Positions 37,861 to 44,975 of a stretch of DNA of 44,975 nt are shown here, piece after piece. Numbering within the stretch: the first letter of the stretch is position 1; every line of letters begins with the position of its first letter. Made by a program: the position numbers and the translations under genes. Source of the DNA: a virus (Duplodnaviria; Caudoviricetes); the IMG/VR virus record IMGVR_UViG_3300044976_000012, positions 1 through 44,975 of that record; one strand, given 5' to 3'. The notes beneath the pieces were generated by a model. That model worked only from the letters and a program-made list of their open reading frames with translations, did not search any database and was not told where the DNA came from.

Positions 37861-38624
37861 ACTCCCGGCGCCGGGTCGAGGATCAGTGACGGGTCGGCGT
37901 ACGGGTTGTCGACGTGGAACCAGCGGCGGAAGTGAGCGCGGATCGCGTCGTCGTCTGCTCCGGCGAACATGCGCCAGTGGCCGCCCGTGCTCTCCGGCAT
38001 ATCGGTCGCCGCGTACGCCGCCTCGCCGTTGCGGATCTTGCGGACGTACTGCTCCTCGTCGCGCCACGAGAAGTGACGGACGATCAGCCCGGGCACGGTC
38101 AGGCCGCGGCCGTCGAACGTCGCGCCGTGGTTGCCCATATGGATCTGCAAGTCGGGCGTCAGTCGCGCGCACACCTTCGGCAGCGCCCCGTGCGACCGCT
38201 GCCGCCACTCGATACGGCGGAACGGGTTGCTCTCCTCCGCGTCGTCGAGCGCTGTCGGCAGATGGTTGAACAGCGCGCCCGTCACGATCCGCACGTCGGG
38301 TGCGGTGCCGTCGAGATAGTCGCTGATCGTGCGGCCGTCGGGCGCGTACCAGAACTCGTCGGCGTCGCACGGCAGCACCCACTCGTGCCCTGCTCGGAGC
38401 GCCGCCTGCGCCAGCGCTGTCGTCTTCCGATCCTGCCAGTAGCCGACCTCAGCGTCGCGAACGACAAGGGTGACGGCCGGGTTCGACGCGACGGCCTCGT
38501 AGGTGCCGTCCGTCGACCCGTTGTCCGAAACGATGATCGCGTCGACCTGTTCGGCAAGCTGCCTGATCGTGTAGTCGATGATGTCGGCCTCGTCCTTCAC
38601 GAGCATGACGGCGCAGACGCTCAC
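37857..38624 (-). CDS. Glycosyltransferase family 2-like
   Basis: VKDEADII, VSDNGSTDGT, WVLPCDADEFW, H.GNH, VRHF.WR. Confidence 0.88.
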   Translation of the reverse strand: MSVCAVMLVKDEADIIDYTIRQLAEQVDAIIVSDNGSTDGTYEAVASNPAVTLVVRDAEVGYWQDRKTTALAQAALRAGHEWVLPCDADEFWYAPDGRTISDYLDGTAPDVRIVTGALFNHLPTALDDAEESNPFRRIEWRQRSHGALPKVCARLTPDLQIHMGNHGATFDGRGLTVPGLIVRHFSWRDEEQYVRKIRNGEAAYAATDMPESTGGHWRMFAGADDDAIRAHFRRWFHVDNPYADPSLILDPAPGV

Positions 38625-38917
38625 ACGCCCCTCCCGAACGGCAGATGCAGCTTCGGGACAACGATGTCGGCGGCCTGCTCCTTCGGCCCCGGCTCCGCGG
38701 TCAGCTCGGCCGCGATCCGGTGCCGTGCGTCTTCACCCAACGCGAGCCGGATCGCCCGGCGCGTCTCCGGGTGAACGGCGACGATGACGAACCTCTCCGC
38801 TGTCACCGGTGTGCCGTCGTCGTTCAACCTCGGTGAGCCGTCCGCGTTCGCGATCGGCACCGTCTCCTTCTCGACGTTGATGTTGTACCGCTCCCATCGC
38901 TCCTCGGTGTAGATCAT
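38621..38917 (-). CDS. Hypothetical protein
   Basis: 98-aa ORF tightly packed between two GT genes. Confidence 0.7.
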   Translation of the reverse strand: MIYTEERWERYNINVEKETVPIANADGSPRLNDDGTPVTAERFVIVAVHPETRRAIRLALGEDARHRIAAELTAEPGPKEQAADIVVPKLHLPFGRGV

Positions 38918-38918
38918 C

Positions 38919-39572
38919 TCAGTAGCCCTTCCCTGTTCGTTGTCCAGTGTGCTCGACCCACGGTTCTCCGTTCCCCCATGCGCCGAACGTGAATGCTTGC
39001 GCCCGCAGCTCGGCGCCCATCTTGCCCTCGCACTCCGGCCCCGGAGGGAACGCCCGACTCAGCATGAACTCGCGCGTCATCAGGTTCGGCGTCGTCGTGA
39101 AGTACGCCGTATGTTCCAGCCACCGGCCCCGGTCGAGGAACACGTCGCCGCGTGCCCGGTGATTGCCGATCACGCCGCCGTTGCCGTGCTCCTGCTCGTT
39201 CACGCTGTCGCGCACGAAGCTGATCTGCGCGACGTATTCGTTCTCGTCCAATGCGACCGCGAGGCCGGTCAGGTCGACGTGCCGCTTGAACGCGAAGTCG
39301 TGCTCCAGCCAGAACACGTAGTCGTACCCTCGTCCTTCGGCGGCCATCTCCCACAGCGCTGCCGTCGCGGTGCAGAACCCCGACTGTCGCGGCAGCGTCA
39401 GGCACGTCCACGGGTACGGGCGCGGAGGAGGGAGCGGGCACGGGCCGTCCTGCACGATCAGCCGTTCCACCGGCGGCGGCGTCACGTGCTCGTCGAACGA
39501 CCGTATCGTCGCGGCCAGCGTCTCGCCTTCGCTGCCGTCGTCGTGCGTCAGCACCGCGAGCGCGTACCTCAT
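38919..39572 (-). CDS. Glycosyltransferase (GT-A-like)
   Basis: ATG 39572; LIVQD, GFC.A, YDYVFWLEHDF (variant DxD), FTTTPNL, VEHTG. Confidence 0.75.
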   Translation of the reverse strand: MRYALAVLTHDDGSEGETLAATIRSFDEHVTPPPVERLIVQDGPCPLPPPRPYPWTCLTLPRQSGFCTATAALWEMAAEGRGYDYVFWLEHDFAFKRHVDLTGLAVALDENEYVAQISFVRDSVNEQEHGNGGVIGNHRARGDVFLDRGRWLEHTAYFTTTPNLMTREFMLSRAFPPGPECEGKMGAELRAQAFTFGAWGNGEPWVEHTGQRTGKGY

Positions 39573-39754
39573 CGCTGAACCTCGTCCAGCGCCTCGATCT
39601 CGGCGGCCGTCCTGAGTAGCGCATCGTGGTCGCGCTTCACCGTCGCCATTCCTCGGACGAGCTTCGTATGCGCCTCCAACACAGACGGCCACGGGACGCC
39701 TGTCTCCTTGCTCACCCGGCGCGTGAATAGCCACATCAGGATCGCGAGCCTCAC
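39569..39754 (-). CDS. Small hypothetical protein
   Basis: GTG 39754 and the stop overlap both neighbours. Confidence 0.55.
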   Translation of the reverse strand: MRLAILMWLFTRRVSKETGVPWPSVLEAHTKLVRGMATVKRDHDALLRTAAEIEALDEVQR

Positions 39755-40305
39755 GTCTGCCTCCGGAACGCGAGGCCGGTCGCGGCGTAGTAGCCGTGCG
39801 CCCTCGCTCGCGTCGCGGCCGTCAGCTCGTCGTCGAGCGCGAACCCGTACTGCCGGAACCCCTGGATCCAGTAGACGCTCTCGCGGCAGTTGACGTGATG
39901 CCATCCCGGCTGCCCCGGCAGCGCGTGCGTCATCAGAACGAGCGGCGCCTTCGTGAGTGCGTCCATGACTGCGTGGACGTGCGCCTCCTCGACGTGCTCG
40001 ACGAACTCGGCCGACCAGACGAGGTCGAACTCGGTGCCGCTGATCCACGGGTACGGGCCGGTCGTGAAGTCGTGCAGGCCGATCATCGGGTCGGGCTGCG
40101 GCAGCCCGTCGATCCCGAAGAAGCCGGTCACGCCGATCTCCTTGAACGCGGCGAGCGCTGCTCCGTCGCCGCAGCCCACGTCGAGAACCGACCGGATGCC
40201 CTCGCGCTCGACGAGGTACGCCCACATCTCCGGGTACAGGGTGTCCGGGTCGCCGCCCCGAACGTAGCCTCCGAGATGTCCTGCCGTGACGAACTCTCCC
40301 GTCAT
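39751..40305 (-). CDS. Class I SAM-dependent methyltransferase
   Basis: VLDVGCGDG, FDLVWSAEFVEHV, GQPGWHHVNC. Confidence 0.9.
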   Translation of the reverse strand: MTGEFVTAGHLGGYVRGGDPDTLYPEMWAYLVEREGIRSVLDVGCGDGAALAAFKEIGVTGFFGIDGLPQPDPMIGLHDFTTGPYPWISGTEFDLVWSAEFVEHVEEAHVHAVMDALTKAPLVLMTHALPGQPGWHHVNCRESVYWIQGFRQYGFALDDELTAATRARAHGYYAATGLAFRRQT

Positions 40306-40496
40306 GCGAACCTCTTGTCGCGGTGCTCCTCGGGGATCGGTTCGCCATGCTTGAACTTCGGGCCGCAGCGACCGTACGGGTCAGCGATGAGGTAGCCGTC
40401 CTCGTCGATCGTCGGCGCCGTCCAGCACTCGTACACGAACGCGATGGACGCCGCCAGCAGCACCGTCGCGATCACAGCTCCCACGATCGGGTTCAT
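40302..40496 (-). CDS. Small membrane protein
   Basis: GGGAGG SD; MNPIVGAVIATVLLAASIAFVY TM segment. Confidence 0.6.
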   Translation of the reverse strand: MNPIVGAVIATVLLAASIAFVYECWTAPTIDEDGYLIADPYGRCGPKFKHGEPIPEEHRDKRFA

Positions 40497-40723
40497 GCCG
40501 CTGCCCCTCCCATGATGTGCGCTGCCTCGGCTCCTGCGTGCGCGTCGCATCCGGCGCACTCTCCGGTCGGGTGCGGCGGGTAGTGGTACGGCAGCCTCTC
40601 GGTCGTCGTGAGGGCGCCGGTGACGAGCGCGTCTGTCAGGTCGTCCTCGGTGACGCGCACGAACTCGGCCGCCTCGGCCTCGTTGAACTCGGTTCCTGGC
40701 GGCAACCAGGGTGTAGCTGTCAT
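40493..40723 (-). CDS. Hypothetical protein
   Basis: AGGAGGAG SD; 76 aa with H...CAGC. Confidence 0.7.
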   Translation of the reverse strand: MTATPWLPPGTEFNEAEAAEFVRVTEDDLTDALVTGALTTTERLPYHYPPHPTGECAGCDAHAGAEAAHIMGGAAA

Positions 40724-40742
40724 CGCTCCTCCTATCGGATGG

Positions 40743-40771
40743 TTGTCCGATATTTATAGCACGGGTTCGGC
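40743..40771 (-). promoter_or_regulatory. Extended -10-like promoter (TGCTATAAAT) overlapping an operator-like box
   Basis: CCGATATTTA on + at 40747-40756; aligns with the 3460-3492 element. Confidence 0.55.
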
Positions 40772-41211
40772 TAGACGAACACCCCTACCGCGAACTCGAC
40801 GACGTTGCTGCTCGTGCGCTTCGTCGGCGGGTAGATGTCGTCGGGCGCGTAGGCGTCGTACACCCACGCTCGGCAGTGGTCGCCCGCGACGGGACTCGTG
40901 ATCGTCTGCGTGCCCTGATGCAGCCATTGCGTGCCCGACACCCACGTCGTCGGCGGCCAGGGAACGGTGACGCGGGTTCCTCCGGCGTCGAAGCACTCGA
41001 CCCGCAGGATCATCAGCTTGTAGCTGTTCGTCTTGTTGCCCGGCAGCGTGAACGTGTATGTCGCCTGCGTCGCTGTCGACGCGGCCTGCTCGTACGCGAG
41101 CGTCGGCGTCCGTGTCCCGCCGCCCTTCGCCGCCATGCTCGTGTTCGCGACCGCCAGCCCGGCGACCGCCCATGCCGCTGCTACCAGCAGCAGCTTCGTC
41201 GTTGTGCTCAT
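40771..41211 (-). CDS. Secreted or exported protein
   Basis: MSTTTKLLLVAAAWAVAGLAVANTSMA signal-peptide-like N-terminus; two Cys. Confidence 0.7.
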   Translation of the reverse strand: MSTTTKLLLVAAAWAVAGLAVANTSMAAKGGGTRTPTLAYEQAASTATQATYTFTLPGNKTNSYKLMILRVECFDAGGTRVTVPWPPTTWVSGTQWLHQGTQTITSPVAGDHCRAWVYDAYAPDDIYPPTKRTSSNVVEFAVGVFV

Positions 41212-41861
41212 CGTCCCTCCTCCTCGTACAGCTCGGGGTAGTTCGCTCGGCGGATCGCGTTGTGCGTCGCCAGCTTCACGCTACGGGCCGGTGCCCGGTT
41301 CCTGCTCCTCGGGTCAGTGTGCGCCACGTAGACGGCGTCGGGCACGTCGACCGGCTCGGCGCCCGCCTTCATCGCACGCTGCCACAGGCACCAGTCCTCG
41401 TACAGCGGCCACTCCTTGAAGCCGCCGACCTGACTGAACACGCTGCTCGGGATCGCGGTGCCGATCACCATCCAGTTGCCGTCCTCGATCGGCATACGCG
41501 GCCAGATCTTCGGCGCCGGTCGCTGCCTGCCGCGGACGTACTGGACGGCCGGTGTCAGCAGCGGCAGCCGCATCAGCGGGAACTCCTCCTCGCGGTGCCG
41601 CACGAGCGCTTCCCACAGCGCCTCCGCGAAGCCAGGCCACAGCTCGTCGTCGGCGTCGAGGAACACGAGGTAGTCGGCTAGGTGCCGTTCGATCGCGAGC
41701 GCGGCGCCTTCGTTCCTTGCGGCCGCGACGGTGCCGTCCGGCTGATGGCACATGACGATCTCGTCGAAGCCTGCCCGCTGCGCCGACGGCAGCGCCCGGT
41801 CGCGCGCCAGCTCCAGCCACCGGGCCTGCCCGTGCGAAGCGATCACGCACACGAACTTCAC
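41208..41861 (-). CDS. Glycosyltransferase family 2
   Basis: GTG 41861; AAARNEG, YLVFLDADD, VGGF...EDW. Confidence 0.9.
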   Translation of the reverse strand: MKFVCVIASHGQARWLELARDRALPSAQRAGFDEIVMCHQPDGTVAAARNEGAALAIERHLADYLVFLDADDELWPGFAEALWEALVRHREEEFPLMRLPLLTPAVQYVRGRQRPAPKIWPRMPIEDGNWMVIGTAIPSSVFSQVGGFKEWPLYEDWCLWQRAMKAGAEPVDVPDAVYVAHTDPRSRNRAPARSVKLATHNAIRRANYPELYEEEGR

Positions 41862-42550
41862 TCGGGCCTCCTCGCCTGCGCGAGCTTGCCGCGCCCCCAC
41901 AGCGCCCGGCGTGCCCGAAACGTATGGCGGTCGTCACGGAAGTGAGCCATCGCGAGCCTGTACGTGTCGTCGTCGTCTGCGGTGCCGCGCATCGGGTGAA
42001 GGTGCTGGACATGCGCCGTCGAGGGCACGTAAGAGCGGCGAGCTCTTGCTGTCGCGACCAGCTCGTCGTCGACGAAGTTGTGCCAGTAGCCCTCGTGGTA
42101 GATCGCCGGTCGTGCTTCGACGGTGCCGTGCTCGACCGCGTACCAGCGAGCGACGAGCGAGTGCGTCGAGTGGTTCGCGTTCCGGGTGCGCTGGTTGCAG
42201 CCGTCGATCGTGCCGACGACACCGGCGCCCGCTCGGGCCGCATGGATCGCTGCCGTATCCCATCCGTGGCGGAACCGAAGGTCGTCGGCGCCCGTGAAGA
42301 TCCAGTCCGCCGTCGTGATCTCCAGGCCGTGGTTGATCTTGCGGGCGTAGTCGCCCTTGCCGCCCTCCCACTCCGTGACGCACACGACCGCGGCCGTCTC
42401 GATGCACGCCGTGATCTGCTCGTCGTCACCGGGCGTGCAGAGAAACACGATCTGCGTCGGGTACGTCGCGGCCTGACCGATCGACTCGACAAGCGGCGCG
42501 GCGTTCGCGGGCCTGCCGAGGACGGGAACGAGGACGGCAATCGAAGTCAC
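41858..42550 (-). CDS. Glycosyltransferase family 2-like
   Basis: IAVLVPVLGRP, YARKINHG, WIFTGADD, VDDEL, HLHP. The start is GTG 42550 (leaderless) or 42559. Confidence 0.82.
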   Translation of the reverse strand: MTSIAVLVPVLGRPANAAPLVESIGQAATYPTQIVFLCTPGDDEQITACIETAAVVCVTEWEGGKGDYARKINHGLEITTADWIFTGADDLRFRHGWDTAAIHAARAGAGVVGTIDGCNQRTRNANHSTHSLVARWYAVEHGTVEARPAIYHEGYWHNFVDDELVATARARRSYVPSTAHVQHLHPMRGTADDDDTYRLAMAHFRDDRHTFRARRALWGRGKLAQARRPE

Positions 42551-42557
42551 AGCGGGC

Positions 42558-42579
42558 ACTATAACTATCGGGCGGGACG
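42558..42579 (-). promoter_or_regulatory. Degenerate late-type promoter CGTCCCG-N9-TATAGT overlapping an operator-like box
   Basis: TATAGT 42563-42558, 7 nt before GTG 42550; CCGATAGTTA 42571-42562. Confidence 0.55.
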
Positions 42580-42695
42580 GCGGCGACGTGCCCGGTGCTC
42601 CTCCGCGAGCCGGGCGGCGCGTGCCCGCAGTTCGGGCCAGCTCTCCGCGGGCGGCGGAAGGAACCGCGAGCGCTGCCGATGCGAGAGCAGCAGCT

Positions 42696-43004
42696 CTAGG
42701 ACGTCGTCGTCGCGCGTGAGCCGAGCACTAAAGGGATCGGCCCGCCCGCGATCTCGTCGGCGTCGAGGAGGCAGGAGCGGAACGCGATCGCGACAAGATG
42801 CGTGATCGTCCGTGCGTCCCATCGGCGTTGCAGCCTCTTGCGCTGCGTCTTGACTGTTTCGGGGCTGATGAAGAACAGGCGGGCTGTCTCGGGGATGGTC
42901 AGGCCGTTCGCTGCCGCGACGACGATGCGGCGCTCCGCTTGCGTCCAGTAGATGTCTCGGCTGATGCCGTCGACCGCCATCCGGCCTCGTTGCACGTCGC
43001 TCAT
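42696..43004 (-). CDS. Stand-alone LuxR/GerE-type HTH regulator
   Basis: TQAERRIVVAAANGLTIPETARLFFISPETVKTQRKRL...A...THLVAIAFR. Confidence 0.85.
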   Translation of the reverse strand: MSDVQRGRMAVDGISRDIYWTQAERRIVVAAANGLTIPETARLFFISPETVKTQRKRLQRRWDARTITHLVAIAFRSCLLDADEIAGGPIPLVLGSRATTTS

Positions 43005-43324
43005 CGCGGTAGGAACGCGGCCGACGCGGCTATCGGTGCGAGCCTGTCGGGCAGCCCGTTCGCGCGGACATAGGCTCGGGCGCCTCGCCGCTTGCTGAAC
43101 GCTGTCGCCGGGACGCCGCTCAACTCCAGCCAGTAGCGCCTGTGCTCCTCCGTGACCTTGATGACGGGCGGCCGCTTGCACATCGCGCAGCGTGCGGAGT
43201 GGACGCCCTTCTTAATGCGGCACGCCTGCTCCAGCGAAACGTCTCGGCTCGTGCCGCAGTCCGGGCACACGACCTCGCGGCGTCGCCCTGCTCGCCCGGT
43301 GGGCGCAGAAGTCGTGCCGGTCAC
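43001..43324 (-). CDS. Zn-finger protein
   Basis: CPDC...CAMC; directly after the terminase. Confidence 0.65.
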   Translation of the reverse strand: MTGTTSAPTGRAGRRREVVCPDCGTSRDVSLEQACRIKKGVHSARCAMCKRPPVIKVTEEHRRYWLELSGVPATAFSKRRGARAYVRANGLPDRLAPIAASAAFLPR

Positions 43325-43335
43325 GAGTCAACAAG

Positions 43336-44975
43336 CTAGCGGCCCCGTCGGATGGTGATGCCCGTCGGCCGCAGCGTTGCGATGCCTCCGACGCTGTTGA
43401 TCCGCGCTGATGCCGGTGGCGCGGCGACCGTCGATCCGTCGAGATCCTTCGTCCGTACCCAGTTGATCTCCTGCGTGAACGAGTCGACCCAGTCGTCTTC
43501 CTCGTTGCCGGTGCCGGTGAACTTCGCGCACTGCTCGATCGCCGCCATGATCTCCGCGTCCGTGATCGCCGGGTCAGGCCCGGTGCCGTCGCGCTTCATC
43601 GCGCCCGGCACGAACACGTTGTGCGACTCCAGCGCCGGTGACGCGGCCTCGGCCCGCAGCTTCTTGTCGGCGCTGACCGTGATCGCGATGACGCCTTCGA
43701 TCTCGCGCTCCAGCTGCTCGATGATCTCGACGCCGTTCGCTGTCTTCTCGATGATGACGTAGACGGGGAGGTACGGGAACCACGCGACCATGCGGGCGCG
43801 CATATCGCGCATCGCGTCCTTCGTGCCCTGCAAGCTCATCCGGTCGTTGCGTGTCGCGAGCAGCCAGTGGTCGGCGCCCGGCCGCAGGATGCCCTGGTCG
43901 TCGACGTGGCGGGTGACGCCCCACGCGGTGCCCGCCACCTTGTCGCTCGTGACCTTCGCCTTGAACGACGTATCCCACGAACACACGATCATGCGGAAGT
44001 CAGGGAGGCTGTCGCGCTGCCCGTCGTTCAGGAACGCCTTCGGGAAGTACCGCCAGTCGGCCCGCATCAGGATCGCGCCTTCCCGCGGCGTCGGGTTCTG
44101 CTGGTACTGCGCCTGCTTCGTGCGCTCGCTCATATCGTGCTGAACCTCTCCGAGCTGCGCCTCCCCCATGAACGCCGGAGCCAGCAGGGCGCCTTCCTTG
44201 CGGCGCGGGTCGCCACTGATGATCCGGCCGCTCGGGAGCTTCACCTTCGCCGGGTAGCGGAACTGATGTTTCCGCTCGTACCGGGCCGGGAGGCACAGGT
44301 GCGTCCACCGGCCTGCGTCGTCGTCGCTGTCGAGCAGGTAGCCGATCACGTCGTTCTCGTGGACGCGCTGCCCGATCACGATCTTGACGCCCGGGTCGAC
44401 GTTGCTGATGTTGAGTCGGCTGCTCCACGTGTCGCCGATCCACGTGCGTGCGGCTTCCAGCTTCGTCTCGGTCGTCGCGGTCGCGTCGCTCGCGTTGTGC
44501 GGGTCGTCGAGGATGAGGACGCCGCCGCGCTCGCCGGTGCCGCCGCCGACGTGCGTCGCGACACGGTAGCCGCCTGCCTCGTTCGTGTAGCGCGTCTTCA
44601 TGTTCTCGTCAGGGAGGAGCTGAACGCGGTCGCCCCACCGTGCCTGATACCACGGATTAGCGATCAGGCTGCGCGTCTTCCGCGTGTCGCGTGTGGCGAG
44701 CGTGTCCGTGTGGCTCGCGCTCACGATCTGCTCCCACGGCGCGTGCGTCCACCGCCACGCCGGAGCGAGGACGCTGACCTCGCTGCTCTTGAGCGCGCCC
44801 GGCTGGATCGTGATGATCAGGCGGGCGATCTCGCGCTCGTACGCTGCTTGAAGGTGCTCCGCGATCGAGTCGAGATGCCACGTGTCGACGAGCGGCCTCG
44901 GGATCACGTGCGGCCACGCCGCCCGGTAGAACAGCTTGAAGTCAGCGGCGAGCGCTTCCCTCTGCTCCGCGATCG
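43336..44975 (-). CDS. terL: Terminase large subunit (5' end beyond the window)
   Basis: Frame open to the window edge. IQPGALKS (Walker A variant), TGERGGVLILDDPH (Walker B), QYQQNP, SWDTSFK and EDDWVDSFTQ nuclease motifs. Confidence 0.95.
   Translation of the reverse strand, partial: IAEQREALAADFKLFYRAAWPHVIPRPLVDTWHLDSIAEHLQAAYEREIARLIITIQPGALKSSEVSVLAPAWRWTHAPWEQIVSASHTDTLATRDTRKTRSLIANPWYQARWGDRVQLLPDENMKTRYTNEAGGYRVATHVGGGTGERGGVLILDDPHNASDATATTETKLEAARTWIGDTWSSRLNISNVDPGVKIVIGQRVHENDVIGYLLDSDDDAGRWTHLCLPARYERKHQFRYPAKVKLPSGRIISGDPRRKEGALLAPAFMGEAQLGEVQHDMSERTKQAQYQQNPTPREGAILMRADWRYFPKAFLNDGQRDSLPDFRMIVCSWDTSFKAKVTSDKVAGTAWGVTRHVDDQGILRPGADHWLLATRNDRMSLQGTKDAMRDMRARMVAWFPYLPVYVIIEKTANGVEIIEQLEREIEGVIAITVSADKKLRAEAASPALESHNVFVPGAMKRDGTGPDPAITDAEIMAAIEQCAKFTGTGNEEDDWVDSFTQEINWVRTKDLDGSTVAAPPASARINSVGGIATLRPTGITIRRGR

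Overview
This window is about 45 kb of a high-GC, siphovirus-type phage genome, probably infecting an actinobacterium (inferred). Essentially every real gene is on the minus strand. In transcription order (right to left) it holds: terminase large subunit (cut by the window edge); a Zn-finger and a LuxR-type HTH gene; a glycosyltransferase/methyltransferase cluster; portal; a MuF-protease fusion; two capsid proteins (a hexamer/pentamer-type pair as in mycobacteriophage cluster B/Rosebush-like heads); major tail protein; a 1459-aa Thr-rich collagen-like protein with a further GT and MTase; head-tail and tail genes; an M23 endolysin/holin cassette; and an early region with DUF932, ERF recombinase, a second LuxR HTH and an HTH replication initiator with internal iterons (cut by the left edge). 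The most striking signal is non-coding, with four parts. (1) A repeated ~85-bp expression cassette (operator-like box, TTGACA-N17-CATGAT, invariant GCAGGCATGATT, invariant CGACTCCCGAGGAGGAG start sequence) heads small-gene islands, two of them embedded in the virion operon. (2) Those islands end in homologous terminators directly followed by a non-canonical putative late promoter, CGTCACC-N9-(-10), found 5-6 times. (3) One island contains a tRNA-like acceptor/T-arm minihelix. (4) Several structured leaders and leader peptides precede key genes. The second candidate system is a BclA-like collagen fibre plus six glycosyltransferases and two methyltransferases, suggesting a glycan-coated virion appendage. 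All calls were made by eye from motifs and synteny; no database searches were run.
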